Assembly (NCBI GenBank): GCA_964016885.1
Contig: OZ024745.1
Location: 51,832,001 to 51,896,000, forward strand
Source of the DNA: Eledone cirrhosa
Taxonomy: Eukaryota
Length of the DNA stretch: 64,000 nucleotides
Reading direction: 5' to 3'
Shown in pieces: positions 30,330 through 43,556 of the stretch (the first letter of the stretch is position 1; the number at the start of each line of letters is the position of its first letter). The notes below the pieces were generated by a model, which was given only the letters and a program-made list of their open reading frames with translations, did no database searches and was not told the origin of the DNA. The position numbers and the translations under genes are program-made.

Positions 30330-30650
30330 CACACGGCAACGAGCAAACCAGAAGTTACAATTCCGACTGGCAAAATCTTCATTAGAAGCACTCGAAAGGC
30401 TGCACCATTAATACGGAGACGAGACGATTTCACGAACATGAGTTTTCGAGTGAAACAAAAGATTTAAGACGATCTCGTGATCCAAATACCTTAAACGAGA
30501 AGGGCTTAAGTTAACTTTCAGCGCGTAAGGCGGGTGGTTCTTGGCGATCCTCGACTGACTGTTCGACTAATCGCAAGTGAGCTGAGCATGAACCGTGGCA
30601 GCGTTTAGAATATTTTCATCGAAGACTTATCATGTAGAAGATCTGCGCGA
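30330..30650 (+). pseudogene. Decayed mariner transposase N-terminal HTH region
   Basis: Manual translation gives GKSSLEALERL..YGDETISRT..VFE and DPRLTVRLIASELSMNRGSV.NIFIEDL. Confidence 0.65.
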
Positions 30651-30896
30651 TGATATATATAAATACGGGCTTCCCATATTTATCTTTCAGTTTGAGCACA
30701 GAAACAATTTGACAAAACGTATAATGAACATTTCTATATATTGTTATTCACACATATATATATATATATATTGTAAAATATGTAGGGAGTGGTATATTTA
30801 AAGAAAACATTAATGGAAGCGTGCCAGTGTAAAATAAATTTACTAGAAGCCTTTCACGTACACAGATATTAGCCTAGGTTATATTAACAATAATAA

Positions 30897-31082
30897 TTGT
30901 TTCTACTTTTGACACAAGGCCAGCAATTACCCAGTGCATTACTGGTACTTTATTTTATCGACCCCGTAAGGATGAAAGGCAAAGTCAACCTCGGCGGGAT
31001 TTGAACTCAGATTGTAAAGGGACGTAACTATGCTGGAAAGCATGGCGTCCGACCCTCTACCGATACTGCCAATCCACCCCCC
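30897..31082 (-). mobile_element. tRNA-derived SINE, full length with TSD
   Basis: TTATATTAACAATAATAAT at 30879 and 31083. Confidence 0.92.
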
Positions 31083-31308
31083 TTATATTAACAATAATAA
31101 TATCAGATGTTAACAATACTTATATACATACAATTCAAATGTAATATATAGTAACTTTACTTAATACAGTATTTTCCCCAGTAATTTGTAGTGTTTCTCT
31201 TGATTTCTGAAGATTTTAAGCAGGAACTTCAAGCTTGCATTCTGGCCCTCTAAATATTATGTACATCCATGTTAATTTTAACCAGCAATATTAGAGGCAA
31301 ATATGTGA

Positions 31309-31492
31309 ATTGGCAGTATCGGTAGAGGGTCGGACGCCATGCTTTGCAACATAGTTAGGTCCCTTTACGGCCTGAGTTCAAATTCCGTAGAGGTTAACTT
31401 TGCCTTTCATCCTTATTGGGTTCGATAAAAATAAAGTACCAGTAATGCACTTGGATAATTGCTGGCCTCGTGCTAAAAGTAGAAACAATATT
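31309..31492 (+). mobile_element. tRNA-derived SINE
   Basis: TTGGCAGTATCGGTAGAG...GAGTTCAAATTCC; GCAAATATG on both flanks. Confidence 0.9.
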
Positions 31493-31855
31493 ACATGCAA
31501 ATATGGCATGAATGTCATTTTCAGTGATTACTCGGTCTTGTTATATATCAAGATGTCTACAAATTTCCCTTCAAAAGACAGACTAATTGAGGATATATTA
31601 AACACCACGCAATTAACCGTCCGCCAAAGCTTTTAATGCAAATATACATAATGATGAAATTAATTGATAATATGAAAGGTTTTAGCTACAAATTGAAAAC
31701 GCTAAAACGTTGAAAACAATCACACACAAACGTATAGAGATTATCATATAAACAGAATAATGTGATTCAGAACACACACACGCATAGGTACACACACTGG
31801 GACACATATATATATATATATATATATGTATATATCTATTTATATGTTTTATATG

Positions 31856-31943
<88 letters not shown>

Positions 31944-31987
31944 TGTGTGTGTATAGATATATAGATATTTTTGTATATATATATATA

Positions 31988-32445
<458 letters not shown>

Positions 32446-33083
32446 TACCGTGTTTGTGTATATATGATATGCATAACTATGTTTGCGTATTTAATCTGAA
32501 AGGAAGTATAACAAACATTCGCAGGAGTTATCTATTGTGAAACATACAGATTCCAAATTTAACTGGGTGGGGTGAAGTTAAATTTTCCTGAATACTAACT
32601 CGAGTAATCCGTGAGATGTAAATTTCAATTTTTATAAGTGTGAAGGTTGTATTTTATGTTTGAGTGGAATACAGTTAGGCATGATATTTGCTTTATCAAG
32701 TAACTTGCATCATTTTAATTTTAGTTTCACTACCCCAACATTTTCTCGGATTTACACAAAACCCGATAGCTCTTCAACACGATTAACGAAATTATGAATT
32801 GCTGAGACATATAGAATATGGCAATGTTCACTTAAATTTAAAGAGTAAATATATTAAGTGAATCCAAGTGCTGTGTTCAATTATATATTCTGATCGGTAT
32901 CTGCAAAAACAACTTCTTAAAAAAGATTTTAATATAAACCTGGTTTACTACGAATTGTTGCCTTTCATCATACGTTACACTCACAGAAATCCATGTGAAA
33001 ACATATACATTTCTAAATAGATTAATAAATCTAACGTTAGAGAAATCGCAATTATATTCCAATAGATTCATTCCTAAACATAA

Positions 33084-33660
33084 CACTGATCAAAAACACT
33101 TTTGTTTACTTAGGTTGTCTTGTTATTTTTAGCTATTGTTGAGGAGCTGATTTCAAATATGGCAACAATTTTCCGTGACATCAGATATTCATTCTATAAC
33201 ACACACCTATTTCATTATGCACTATATGTATTATATAATTGACTTAGTATAGATACTCATTCTTATAGCTTGAAACCATAAGTTATACTATCTATAGAAT
33301 ATGATGTGATAGATGAAATATAAGATAACATCATTTATTAAATACATATTTTTAGTTCTCAAAAGTAATGGATAGAGCATAAACAATCGTACACCAGCAA
33401 ACATTTTCATGGAACAAATTTTCGCTTACAAGAGTGCCTAGAGTATTTCATGTCTACACAGTATCTTTGAATCCTCCAACAGTAGTCTGCTATCATGTGT
33501 GTGTTCCATCGACCTTGATATCTCTCCTCCATAACCTTGATATCTTGATGAAGGCAGAACCTCTAACACATCTATATTTACCTACCTTTTACTTGCCAAT
33601 AACCAGCTATATTATTTTTAATGAAAACTTCAAATATATTAGTCATTTTCAGAAGCTGTA
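33084..33660 (-). pseudogene. DNA transposon relic, probably CMC/Chapaev3-type transposase C-terminus
   Basis: Minus strand 33462-33556 translates HQDIKVMEERYQGRWNTHMIADYCWRIQR; possible CACTG terminus at 33084. Family assignment is from memory. Confidence 0.6.
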
Positions 33661-33999
33661 AGTGGGTGAAGGATGCTACGGACGTGTGTCACAGAACTGT
33701 TGCGCGGCTGCTCATATACATTATTTGAGTGAACTGAAGGCCCTTTAAATGAAGTGTATTTCTCAATAAAACAATACAGTGATAGACATTACGACTATTA
33801 ACGCATCTGTTATCACATATTAGCGTGCCTTCACTATCTGTAACACGGAGAACTTTAATATCATAGGCGCTGTCAGTATTCCCATTCTCATTTATTAACA
33901 TGGGAGGCTGTTGCAGAACATTTCCGGTATTTAATTAGAAGCTATATTCTACATCTACTTATTTTAAGATAATATGCTCTAATATTCATTTGTAATGTA

Positions 34000-34145
34000 G
34001 GCACAAGTCTAATTTGAGGATGTTAAATTTGATTAACATGAATAGTATCACCCCGTGAGATGGAATGGCAAGTTGACCACGGTGGCATTTGAACTGCTAA
34101 GCATTTGTTCGATGCTCTAAAGACTCTGCCAATACACTGCCTTCT
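34000..34145 (-). mobile_element. Degenerate tRNA-derived SINE
   Basis: GGCACAAG..GATGGAATGGCAAGTTGACCACGGTGGCATTTGAACT..CTGCCAAT. Confidence 0.6.
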
Positions 34146-35604
34146 AACGACACTGCCAATTCATCACTTGTAATATTAACTAGGATAATGTGTGTTAAAC
34201 GGATATGAATATCAAGGTGTCGAGTTGGTAGATTATTCATTGCAATCGTTTTAATCTTTGTGGTTTCTTTTTCCATTCAAATAGTATTCATTATATTAAC
34301 ATTATTTTCCATTAAAGTGTACAGCAAATTTATGTTGTGAAAATTCCAGTGTCGAACCATCCAATCACGGTAAATCATGCCTGATGCATGCTCCTTATAA
34401 TGGAATGGGAACGAGGTGATATTTCATAAACAATATGGAAAGTCTGAATCATTCCAGAGAAAACCATGAATCAAAGCCAAATTGTTGTAGTGAATTGTAC
34501 AAATTAAGAATGTATTATAACTTCTATTTTTCAATAGGCGGTATATAAACACACCAGTTTTCTTCTACCACACTTTGACACGTATGACCAAACTTCAGCA
34601 ACATTTTACAATATAACATGTTGCTGATTGTAAATTGTATATCATCGTTGCGAAATTATATTTCATATAAATGCTTTCAGATATCATTGAAGAAAATAAT
34701 GGTTTTTCACACATTTTACAATAGTTTCTTACACCTGTATACCAAATAATAACACATACCTCAATCGATTCCTCGATTATGCCCCCATCTTAAAGGTCTC
34801 TTTATCTCTTTCATATTCTCTACTTTATATCTAGAACATTGCTTTCATTTTCTCTTTCTCTCTCCTCTCAATTTCCTCCCCATAGCCAGTCCTCAGCGAT
34901 TCTCTCCTTCACACTTGCTCTCAACATTTTTCTTTATATCTCTATTGTTAAACTTTGTCAAGCTTCACTGTGCATTCTAAATAAGAATATTATTAATATA
35001 CTTTCAAATTTCATCGCAAGTTTTCACACACTTAATACAACTTTGAAAATCTTCAACACTTTTATAATTGAAACTAACATGTTCAAATTTTCAAGCAATA
35101 TCTCCTTCATATTTAAATATTGGGCAATAACTTTCAGAATATAAAACACACAGAGGCACAGGACTTAGACGCATATATATTAATACATACAGACGCATAT
35201 ACATTAACACGTTTGTTCCAACACACGTACGTGATGGTATACATAAATCATCATTTCAATGAACACTCTACAATGTTGTAAACACAACTGGTGATATCCA
35301 AGATTGCCACAAAACTAGGTATATTTTTTATCGTGGTAATACGTCCCGTAATGTTTAAAGTGTAAACGGCCATAATCCGTGATGCATTTTTACAACATCA
35401 TGAAATTAATATTTGTATATGGTGAAAAAGAATATATAAACATTTAAATATTAAATGTTGTTGATAAATGACATCACAGTGGGGAAAGAATTAAATGTAT
35501 TAATTAACTTATTAATTCATTGTACTAAAACTTTACAGAATTATATACTTGAACAGCGGCGAAACATCAGCACAGCCATCAAGTGATTCTGTGGTCATAT
35601 AAAC

Positions 35605-35936
35605 CAGGGGTTCTCAACCTGGTCCATGTGGACCACTAGTGGTCCACAGGAAAATTCAGGTGGTCCACAGAAAATTTTCAATAGCAAATTCTTTTTTGAT
35701 CCATGCATTTGACTTAAAGCGCTGTTCTTATTCTTCGCATAAGTAAGACTTCAGCTGTTTATTTACGTAGATTTTTAGGCACTGCGACATGATAATAGCA
35801 TTTTCTAATTCATTGAAAAAAAACATCTACTGATGCTTATAAGTAGCAGTTCTATTACAAAAGATTTAAAACTTTAGGTGGTCCACAGGAAAAAATTACT
35901 TATTTTGGTGGTCCACAGCGAAAAAAAGGTTCAGAA
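35605..35936. mobile_element. hAT-like non-autonomous element (MITE)
   Basis: Left TIR CAGGGGTTCTCAACCT, repeated subterminal TGGTCCAC motifs, truncated right TIR AGGTTCAGAA. Confidence 0.65.
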
Positions 35937-36168
35937 GATTATATTTTGTCGTTTATATTATAAACGACAAAATATAATCTTCTACGATATTTTAGTTATT
36001 AATCTGTTTGACGAGCATCTGTAACTTACGATATTTCAAAGCAATCAACATAGACGCAAGACGATTCTTAACAAATCTAAGCCAGACAAACGAGGAGATG
36101 AAGACACATAGAGGTGCATACACACACACACACACACACATACACAGACACACACACACACACATCCT

Positions 36169-36217
<49 letters not shown>

Positions 36218-36477
36218 TAACAAATGGAAACTATATTTATAAAGCCATATTTATTTCATTATACATATTTCAAGGACACCAAAGCAAATTATGGTGCGTT
36301 TTCATCAGATAAAATATAATATCGATCAGTTTTATAAACAAATATTAACATACCCTTAAATAATGCAACCATCCATCTGTTAATATATTCTATTTTTACT
36401 CCAACAATTTGTTGAATGCTTTATATCAGTTAGGAAAATATTTGCTTATTGTATCCCAACAAATTAAATATAACTTC

Positions 36478-36529
<52 letters not shown>

Positions 36530-36535
<6 letters not shown>

Positions 36536-39500
36536 TTTTTATTTGCCACCAGGGCATCAACAAGTGGGACAGGTACAATAGGGGGACTTTACATGAAAAG
36601 GCGTCCTCAATAAGGGGAGGCAATAACAAAGTATAAAAATAAGATAAAATATAATAAATTTTTTAAATTTCATAACAAAATCCTCAATAGGGAGGAGGCG
36701 CCTTGGGCGTCGCACACACAGCTGAAAAAAAGTGTGCAACCCTTCTCCTCAGGAGCACAGAGAGGGTGTGCTCCCTTGATCTTTCATCTTCCTCACCTAT
36801 AGTCTGATGTAGAGTGAAGGCCCATTCACACGGGCCATTCTCGCCACTTTCACCCATCTTTCATAAAAACGGCTGGGGTGCAGCACCTCTTTCTCCATCC
36901 TGATCTTTCTTCCGAAATGATATCGGAAGAAGCGGACCAGTTGTTGGCCAGAGAGAAAGGTGTCTGATCTCAGTCCTTTCAGACGCGTCAACCATACAAC
37001 CCCTTTCGCCATGGCAATTACGCACAGAAACACCGCATCTCCTTCGTTACAATAGACTCGGTGGTCAACCGGATCGGTCCCAACCTTGACAGCAGTTGTT
37101 CGACATAGCCGCACAGATCGGCAATGCCCGAGCAGTGTACCAATGCGTGTGCAATGGTTTCCTCATCGCACACGCATCTCGGACAGATCTTTTTCGAGGG
37201 GTCTCTACCCGGGCGCCCGTGTCTGTAGAGCCTTTCTCGAACGGGCAGAGCCCCTCGTTAGCACTGCCAGGCCAGGGACCTCTGGAAGTTATCCATGGGT
37301 CCCGGGCTGAATGTCCTACCGAACAGGTTGGCCAATTCGTCTTCCTCCATGCCTAGGGCTTCTCCGTGGGCGTCGTCGCACCTGCTAACCACCAGCCCTC
37401 TATAGAATGACAAGGTGGATTCTCCACTGACAGCCGGTCTTTGCTTGACCCAGGATTGCAGCTCGGTGAGTGAGACGAGTCTGCGAAAGGCTCGCCTCAC
37501 AAACGGGGCCCACACCGGTTGAACGGTGAGGAATACCCGGCAGTGCCATAGCGTTAATGCGTGGTTTACGTATCATTAGCCACGGCATCCCCAGCTCTCC
37601 TTTCGAAGGGTGTTGACAGCAGATGGATCTCCTCACCATAGGAGCCTGCTTCTTCCAAAGGAATTGGAAGAGTGCGCACTCCATTTTGGCGAGCATTTCC
37701 CTTGGGCAAGGCACAACGTTTAGGCGGTAGTAGATGAAAAAAGCTATATAAGTGTTCGCCACCCCCGCCCAACCTTTTAGGGACAGTTTGCACTCGGCCC
37801 ACTTCTGGGTCAGTGCAAACACCCTGTTCGTTACCTCACCCCAGTTCTTCTCCACCTGGAGGTCTGGTCCGAACCAGACCTCGAGCAACTTCACCGGGCC
37901 CTCCATCCAGCGCCTGAAGACGCCATCAGAGGGCATCGATCTGCCCCTCCACGTGCCGAGTTGCAGACCCATCGAATTGTCCCGGTTCAGCTTAGCCCCT
38001 GTAAACCTTTCGTACTCCTCCAGTAAGGTGCCGATCGTCCCGATTTCCGCGGCCGTCGACACCATTACTGTTACTACATCGGCGTAGGCCGACACCCCTT
38101 TCCGCAATCCCGGTTCTAACGGGATACCCTGCAACAACCCCAACTTCCGCAGCAGTGGCTCTAGAGTCATTACATACAGAAGGGAGGAGAGAGGTCACCC
38201 TTGTCGGATGGATCGCGCAATTTCGAACAGCTCCGAGAAGTAGCCGTTCACCTTGACCCTAGAGCAGATGCGGCTGCTGTGCATGGCATTGATCCAGCCC
38301 CTGAAAACGCGTCCGAAGCCTGCTGCCGCTAGCACCGCATCCAGGTAACCATGGTCGACCCTATCGAACGCCTTAGATTGATCCAAGTTGATCCGGGCCC
38401 CACCAAAGCCGGGTTCGTTCCCAACCCTCTATATGATGTATCGCATGAGGTTAAGGTTGTCGTGGATGGACCTGAACGGGATAGCACATGCCTGCGCCTC
38501 TCCCACCAGGTTGCCCACGACAAGCGCCAACCTCTTTGCGAGCACCTTGGCCAACATTTGTAACTCTGTATTTAGCATAATTATGGGTCTGAAATTATTT
38601 ATATCGTCCCCCTTGTTCTCGTCATTCCTCACTAGCGTGACTACGCCCTTAGTCACAGCACAGGGAATTTTCCCGTTCTGTTGCCAGTTGCAGTCGACCA
38701 CCTCCAGGAGATCGGGGAACAAGTCTGGCATAGCTAGATATAGTTCGTATGGAAGACCATCGAGACCCGGGGATTTGCGTTTGACGGACTGGCTCAGCAC
38801 GTCCTCTATCTCAGCGGCTGAAATCGGCTCCTCGCAGGACTTCGCCTCCCTGTCCGAGAGACGCGGCAAGCCGTCGAGGTATGGACCGAAGTCCAACTTC
38901 CCCAACCGCCTCCCCGCCCCTTCCGAACAATCTGGAAAAGTGCTTTTGAAAAGCCTCGCACATCTGCTTTGGCTCAAGGTTCACCCGTCCTTCCTGGTCT
39001 CGCAAAGAACGGATAGTGGATCTACTCCCTCTTTTGGCTTCTGTCACGCACGCCCAGCTAACAGCTTTGATCCCCTCGTTTCCCAGAGCACGTATTTTGC
39101 TTCGGACGATGCCGCCTTCGTGTTTCGCGTCGAAGAACTGGCCCAGGGCCGTTCTCAACGCTAGCACTCTGGCCACGTCGCCGCTTCTAATTGCCTCTTC
39201 TACACTATCTACCAACTCCCTTTCCTTCCTATTTCTATTTGAGGCTAACTCTTTACTAAATTCTATAGAGACTACTCTAATCTCTCTTTTGAGAGATCCC
39301 ACCACCTGCTGTTGACGATGGCGCCCGTCAACCGCTCCTTAACTAAAGTGCTAATCCGGTCCCTGTAAGCCTTACTTGCCGGTAAGTCAAGTTGAGCTTC
39401 CAGTAACCGGGTCCCTGTCTATGCGTTCTGTCAAGGTTGACCATGCAGGTCACTAACTTGTGGTCTGAATAGCCAAACATGCGCATTTTTGGACAACTTA

Positions 39501-41950
39501 AAAAGTCCTTATCCTTATTTCTAACTAAGAACCTATCAAGGTACGACCTAGATGATCCGCTGCGGTTTGCCCAAGTCCAGGTTGGCGCAGTCGGAAAATC
39601 TAGTCGATATCTATCGGCCAGGTCAAATCGACCGATTAACCCTTTGAGGCTATTACACCCCTCTCTATCGGGACAGGCCCCTACGTAGTCCCAGCGTGCA
39701 TCTAGGATACCATTCCAGTCCCCCACTAATAGCAAGGAGTGGGACGTCCCTAGAAAAGTCTCCAGATGATGGAAGAAGTCCGGCCGCATTGACCCGAAAG
39801 GGCCGTAGACGGCTACCAACTTAAACGCTACGCCTTCACCGCTGCCAAGGTCCAGAACCACTAGTCGACCCTCCGGGTCTAAATGTACCGTTTGTGTGGC
39901 CAGACCCAGATGTTTTTGCAGCAGAACTACAACCCCACCCCCACCTCCGGGCTGACAGAGAGAAGCGTGCATCTCACAGTCATCAAAGGTGGGGCCAGCT
40001 GTCGCACGTTGCTGATCCGGGCCTCGCAAATAACCATCACATCTATACGTTGTGACCTGAGGTCATTTAGTAGCATTGTTTGCTTCCAAGTTGAGCCCAG
40101 ACCACGCGCATTTAGACAGTCTACTCTTAGCATAGCCATGTTGGTGGTGAAGAGAAAAGTCACTTACCTCTCTGCGTCCCGGGTATCGGGCTGCACAATT
40201 TCCATGAGGGTGGGGGATGGGTTGTGGAGTGGGGTGGTGGTTTGTGGAAGTGTACGGGCATCAGTGTGTTGTGTGGTTTGGGTGTTTGGAGTTGTGTGGG
40301 TGTTTGGGGAGGGGGTGGGGTATTTTTTTAGGCGGACGCGGTTAATGGGCCCGACGCGGGGGGGGGGGGGGGCAGGGCACGTCCTCTTTAAAGTTGTTTA
40401 TTAGTGTTTTATATGTGTCCTCTGGGGCCTTAATCATTATGAGGTGGGAGGAATCCCCTGCCTGGGTGAAGTTAGGCCCTTGGGATTCTATCAAATTGTT
40501 GTTGTACACAATGTTTAACAGTTTTTTGTTTCTTGTGTTTATGTATGTGTATGCATGTTTTTGTTTTTGTGTGGTGTTTTTTGTTTGATGTTGTGTGCTC
40601 TTTTGTGTTGGTGTCAGTGTTATGTTTTGGGGAGGGTTTTTTTTCATTTGTGTGTCTGATGTGTGTTTTCTTTTTTTTCTTTTGATCGTGTGGAAGTGCT
40701 CTTCCTCGATTGACGACGAACGAGGGTCATCTTCCGCGTTGGAGGGGAGGGGTAGATTTTCGGGTTGTGTTTGCGGTGCGGGGTTTTGGAAATTGTTTTT
40801 TTTTTAGTGGGGGGGATGGGTTGGACATTGTTTTGTTTTTGGTTTGAGCTGTGGTTGTTGTTTTTGTAGTGGTGGTTGTGGTGATTGTGTTGGTTGTGCA
40901 GTTGTTGGTGGAGTAGGCAGGATTGGGATTTTCTTATTAAGTTGAGGACAGACAGCCCTCAGGTGACCTCCCGCTCCACAGAGGTAACACGAGGGCCGCC
41001 TACCCTCAAGGGTAATGTTGATAAAAGTTTGATCATCCAGTATGACGCGTTCAGGGATCTGGGCGATCCTTTCGGGCCTCATTTGAACTACAAGTTCGAG
41101 GCTCGTTCCACTGAACGCGTCACCCGATGCCTTTCCCATGGATATTAGTATGTCCTCGTCTAGGTTCAGGAAACCTGTCAAAACCCACCATATGTCCATA
41201 ATCGGCAGGATGGTGTGGATTTTTATTTTTTGTGTCCCTCTACCCATGTACGTAGGGTAGAAGGTGTATGCGGTGGATGTAATTGGTTTTATGGACAGTT
41301 TCACTGCTGTGTCCCTGTCCTTCATGAGAATGGATAGACTCCCGTAGAGTATATCCTTCTGAATGAATGTGATGTCTTTCATGACGTCTTTTAAAACCAG
41401 CTCTATCTCACTCTATGATGGTTGAGATGGTTTTTTGCTTTTGTTTGAGACTGTCCTAAATATGACAGTGTTTAGGAGTCTCTGGCTGTATAGTTCCGGG
41501 GGGGGGGGATCGAAAATGATCCATTTTCCCCGTACATTATGTATTTTTTTGGCATCTGCCAGTAGCTCCTTCGCTTTGGTTATATCTACTGGCAGATAGT
41601 CGAGGGTTTTCCTTGCCGTCTGGGCGAAGGAGACTTTTCTTTGTGTGTGTTGCCGTTGTAGTTGGTGGTGTTGTTGTTATCATTGTTGTTGTTATCACAG
41701 TTATTGGTCTTGTTGTTGTTGTTATTGTTATTGTTGTAGGTGTGGTTTTCGTTCGTAGCATTGTTGTTGTTGTTGTTATTGCTGGTGCCGCTGGTTGCTT
41801 GGTTTGTTGCCATGGCAACTCTCATCTCGGGAACAGTTTTGGATAGCGCTAGTTCGTAATTTAAATTCAAGAATTTTATATTCTTCGAATGAAAAGAACC
41901 TTCTGACCAGAATCTTTCTTTGCAACGAAGGCCGTATGGCCTCCGTTTAT
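36530..41950 (-). mobile_element. Near full-length L1/Tx1-clade LINE, frameshifted (ORF1 ~41870-40170; ORF2 ~40139-36800)
   Basis: ORF1 zinc knuckle CYLCGAGGHLRAVC; APE CLNARGL, GDWN, YLDRF, SDH, GYWKLN; RT SPGLDG, RPIIMLN, DQSKAFDRVDH, RQG, YADVV; AATAAA and an A-rich end abutting (TA)n. Confidence 0.92.
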
Positions 41951-42265
41951 TTTTGGGATTCGAAACCGATCGGTAAAGGTAACTATAGTAGTTAAAGTCA
42001 ATTTTTTAAAATTTATTTTGAAACTTTTTCATTATTTGCTAAACCTTGTTTATATATGTTCTGGCTCGTTAATTTATTAACCTGCCATTGAACCACATTG
42101 GCATTTGGTTGGACAATACATGCGTCCCTTAGCGCCTTGTGCGTGAAGGAACACATATCCTATTATTATTATATATATATATATATATATATATCCAAAC
42201 TGAACCTGAGCCGATAAGGTCTGGTTTCTTGGGTATGTCACCATTTATGAAATAAATTTTGCATT

Positions 42266-42296
42266 TTATCTGATGAGGGCGTACCGAAATGTTGGT
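42266..42296 (+). ncRNA. Minimal PLE-type hammerhead motif in a solo pLTR-like block (~42195-42460) between TA tracts
   Basis: CTGATGA-GG-gcgta-CC-GAAATGTT-GG; stem I is poorly paired. Confidence 0.55.
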
Positions 42297-42509
42297 CCCC
42301 TTGAAATATATATAATAAAATAAATATCGTTTTATAAATATGGTTTCCATTTATTAATATCATTGATATTATACTCCAGAAAATTTGTTGAGTGCTTCGA
42401 ATCTGTTTTAAATAAATTTGTTGAATAACCAACAAATTATTAAATATCTCTTTGCTTATATATATATATTTATATATTTATTTATATGTATACATATATA
42501 GATATATAT

Positions 42510-42596
<87 letters not shown>

Positions 42597-43287
42597 AAGA
42601 GAGAGAGAGAGTGTGTGAGAGCGAGAGAGAGAGATAGAGAGAGAGATATATATAGAGAGAGATACAATACTTACACATATACATATATAATATCTCCCTC
42701 TACTGAAAATGCTTTATCTCATCCAGCAATGAGTTGAAAGTCTGTACACGTTTCCTCTCTGTCTTTCTATCAATAGAGATGTTGCAGCTTTAATTCTTTC
42801 TGAGAGAATTCTGTTGGTGCATAGAGTTGGCACATATTCACTAATTCGAGGATGATATGTAGAAGCTTCCGCATATTGCTATATATTATAGAATATGACC
42901 ACCTCCATTTCCAACATATAATGTGTGCTCTAATTTGTTGTTGTTTATTATTGCTGCCTCTTGCATATAGAGGAACACCCACGTAGTTGCCTATTCCATG
43001 CATATCATTGATTCATTGTCTTGGCACATTACCATGCAATCATAGGGAATTTGAGAATTCAATTAAATCATCTCCAACTAACACCTGTGTATATCGACTG
43101 CAGCGTGTGTTCATTTGAACCCCAGTTTCCGCCTTTCATGGGTTTGAATGGAAAACGGAATAAAACATCTTAGTTTAAAACACCTACGAAACACCCTTAG
43201 AATATTTCTTCTTCATTATGCATATTCCTCTCCCCTCAAATTGTTGGCATTCGTCCTAAATCAGAAACCATTATTATTATTACTATT

Positions 43288-43446
43288 TGTCGGACGCCAT
43301 GCTTTGAAGCATAGAGTTACGTCCCTTTATGATCTGAGTTCAAATCCCGCCGAGGTTAACTTTGCCTTTCATCCTTACGGGGTCGATAAAATAAAGTACC
43401 AGTAATGTACTGGGTAATTGCTAGCCTTGTGCCTAAAATAGAAACA

Positions 43447-43450
<4 letters not shown>
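43288..43450 (+). mobile_element. tRNA-derived SINE whose tail runs into a long (ATT)n tract
   Basis: Family consensus followed by (ATT)n 43447-43556. Confidence 0.9.
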
Positions 43451-43545
<95 letters not shown>

Positions 43546-43556
43546 GTTATTGTTAT

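Noticed and set aside
31309-31390. tRNA gene
   Set aside because: The A/B boxes belong to the head of a multi-copy SINE; no complete cloverleaf is evident.
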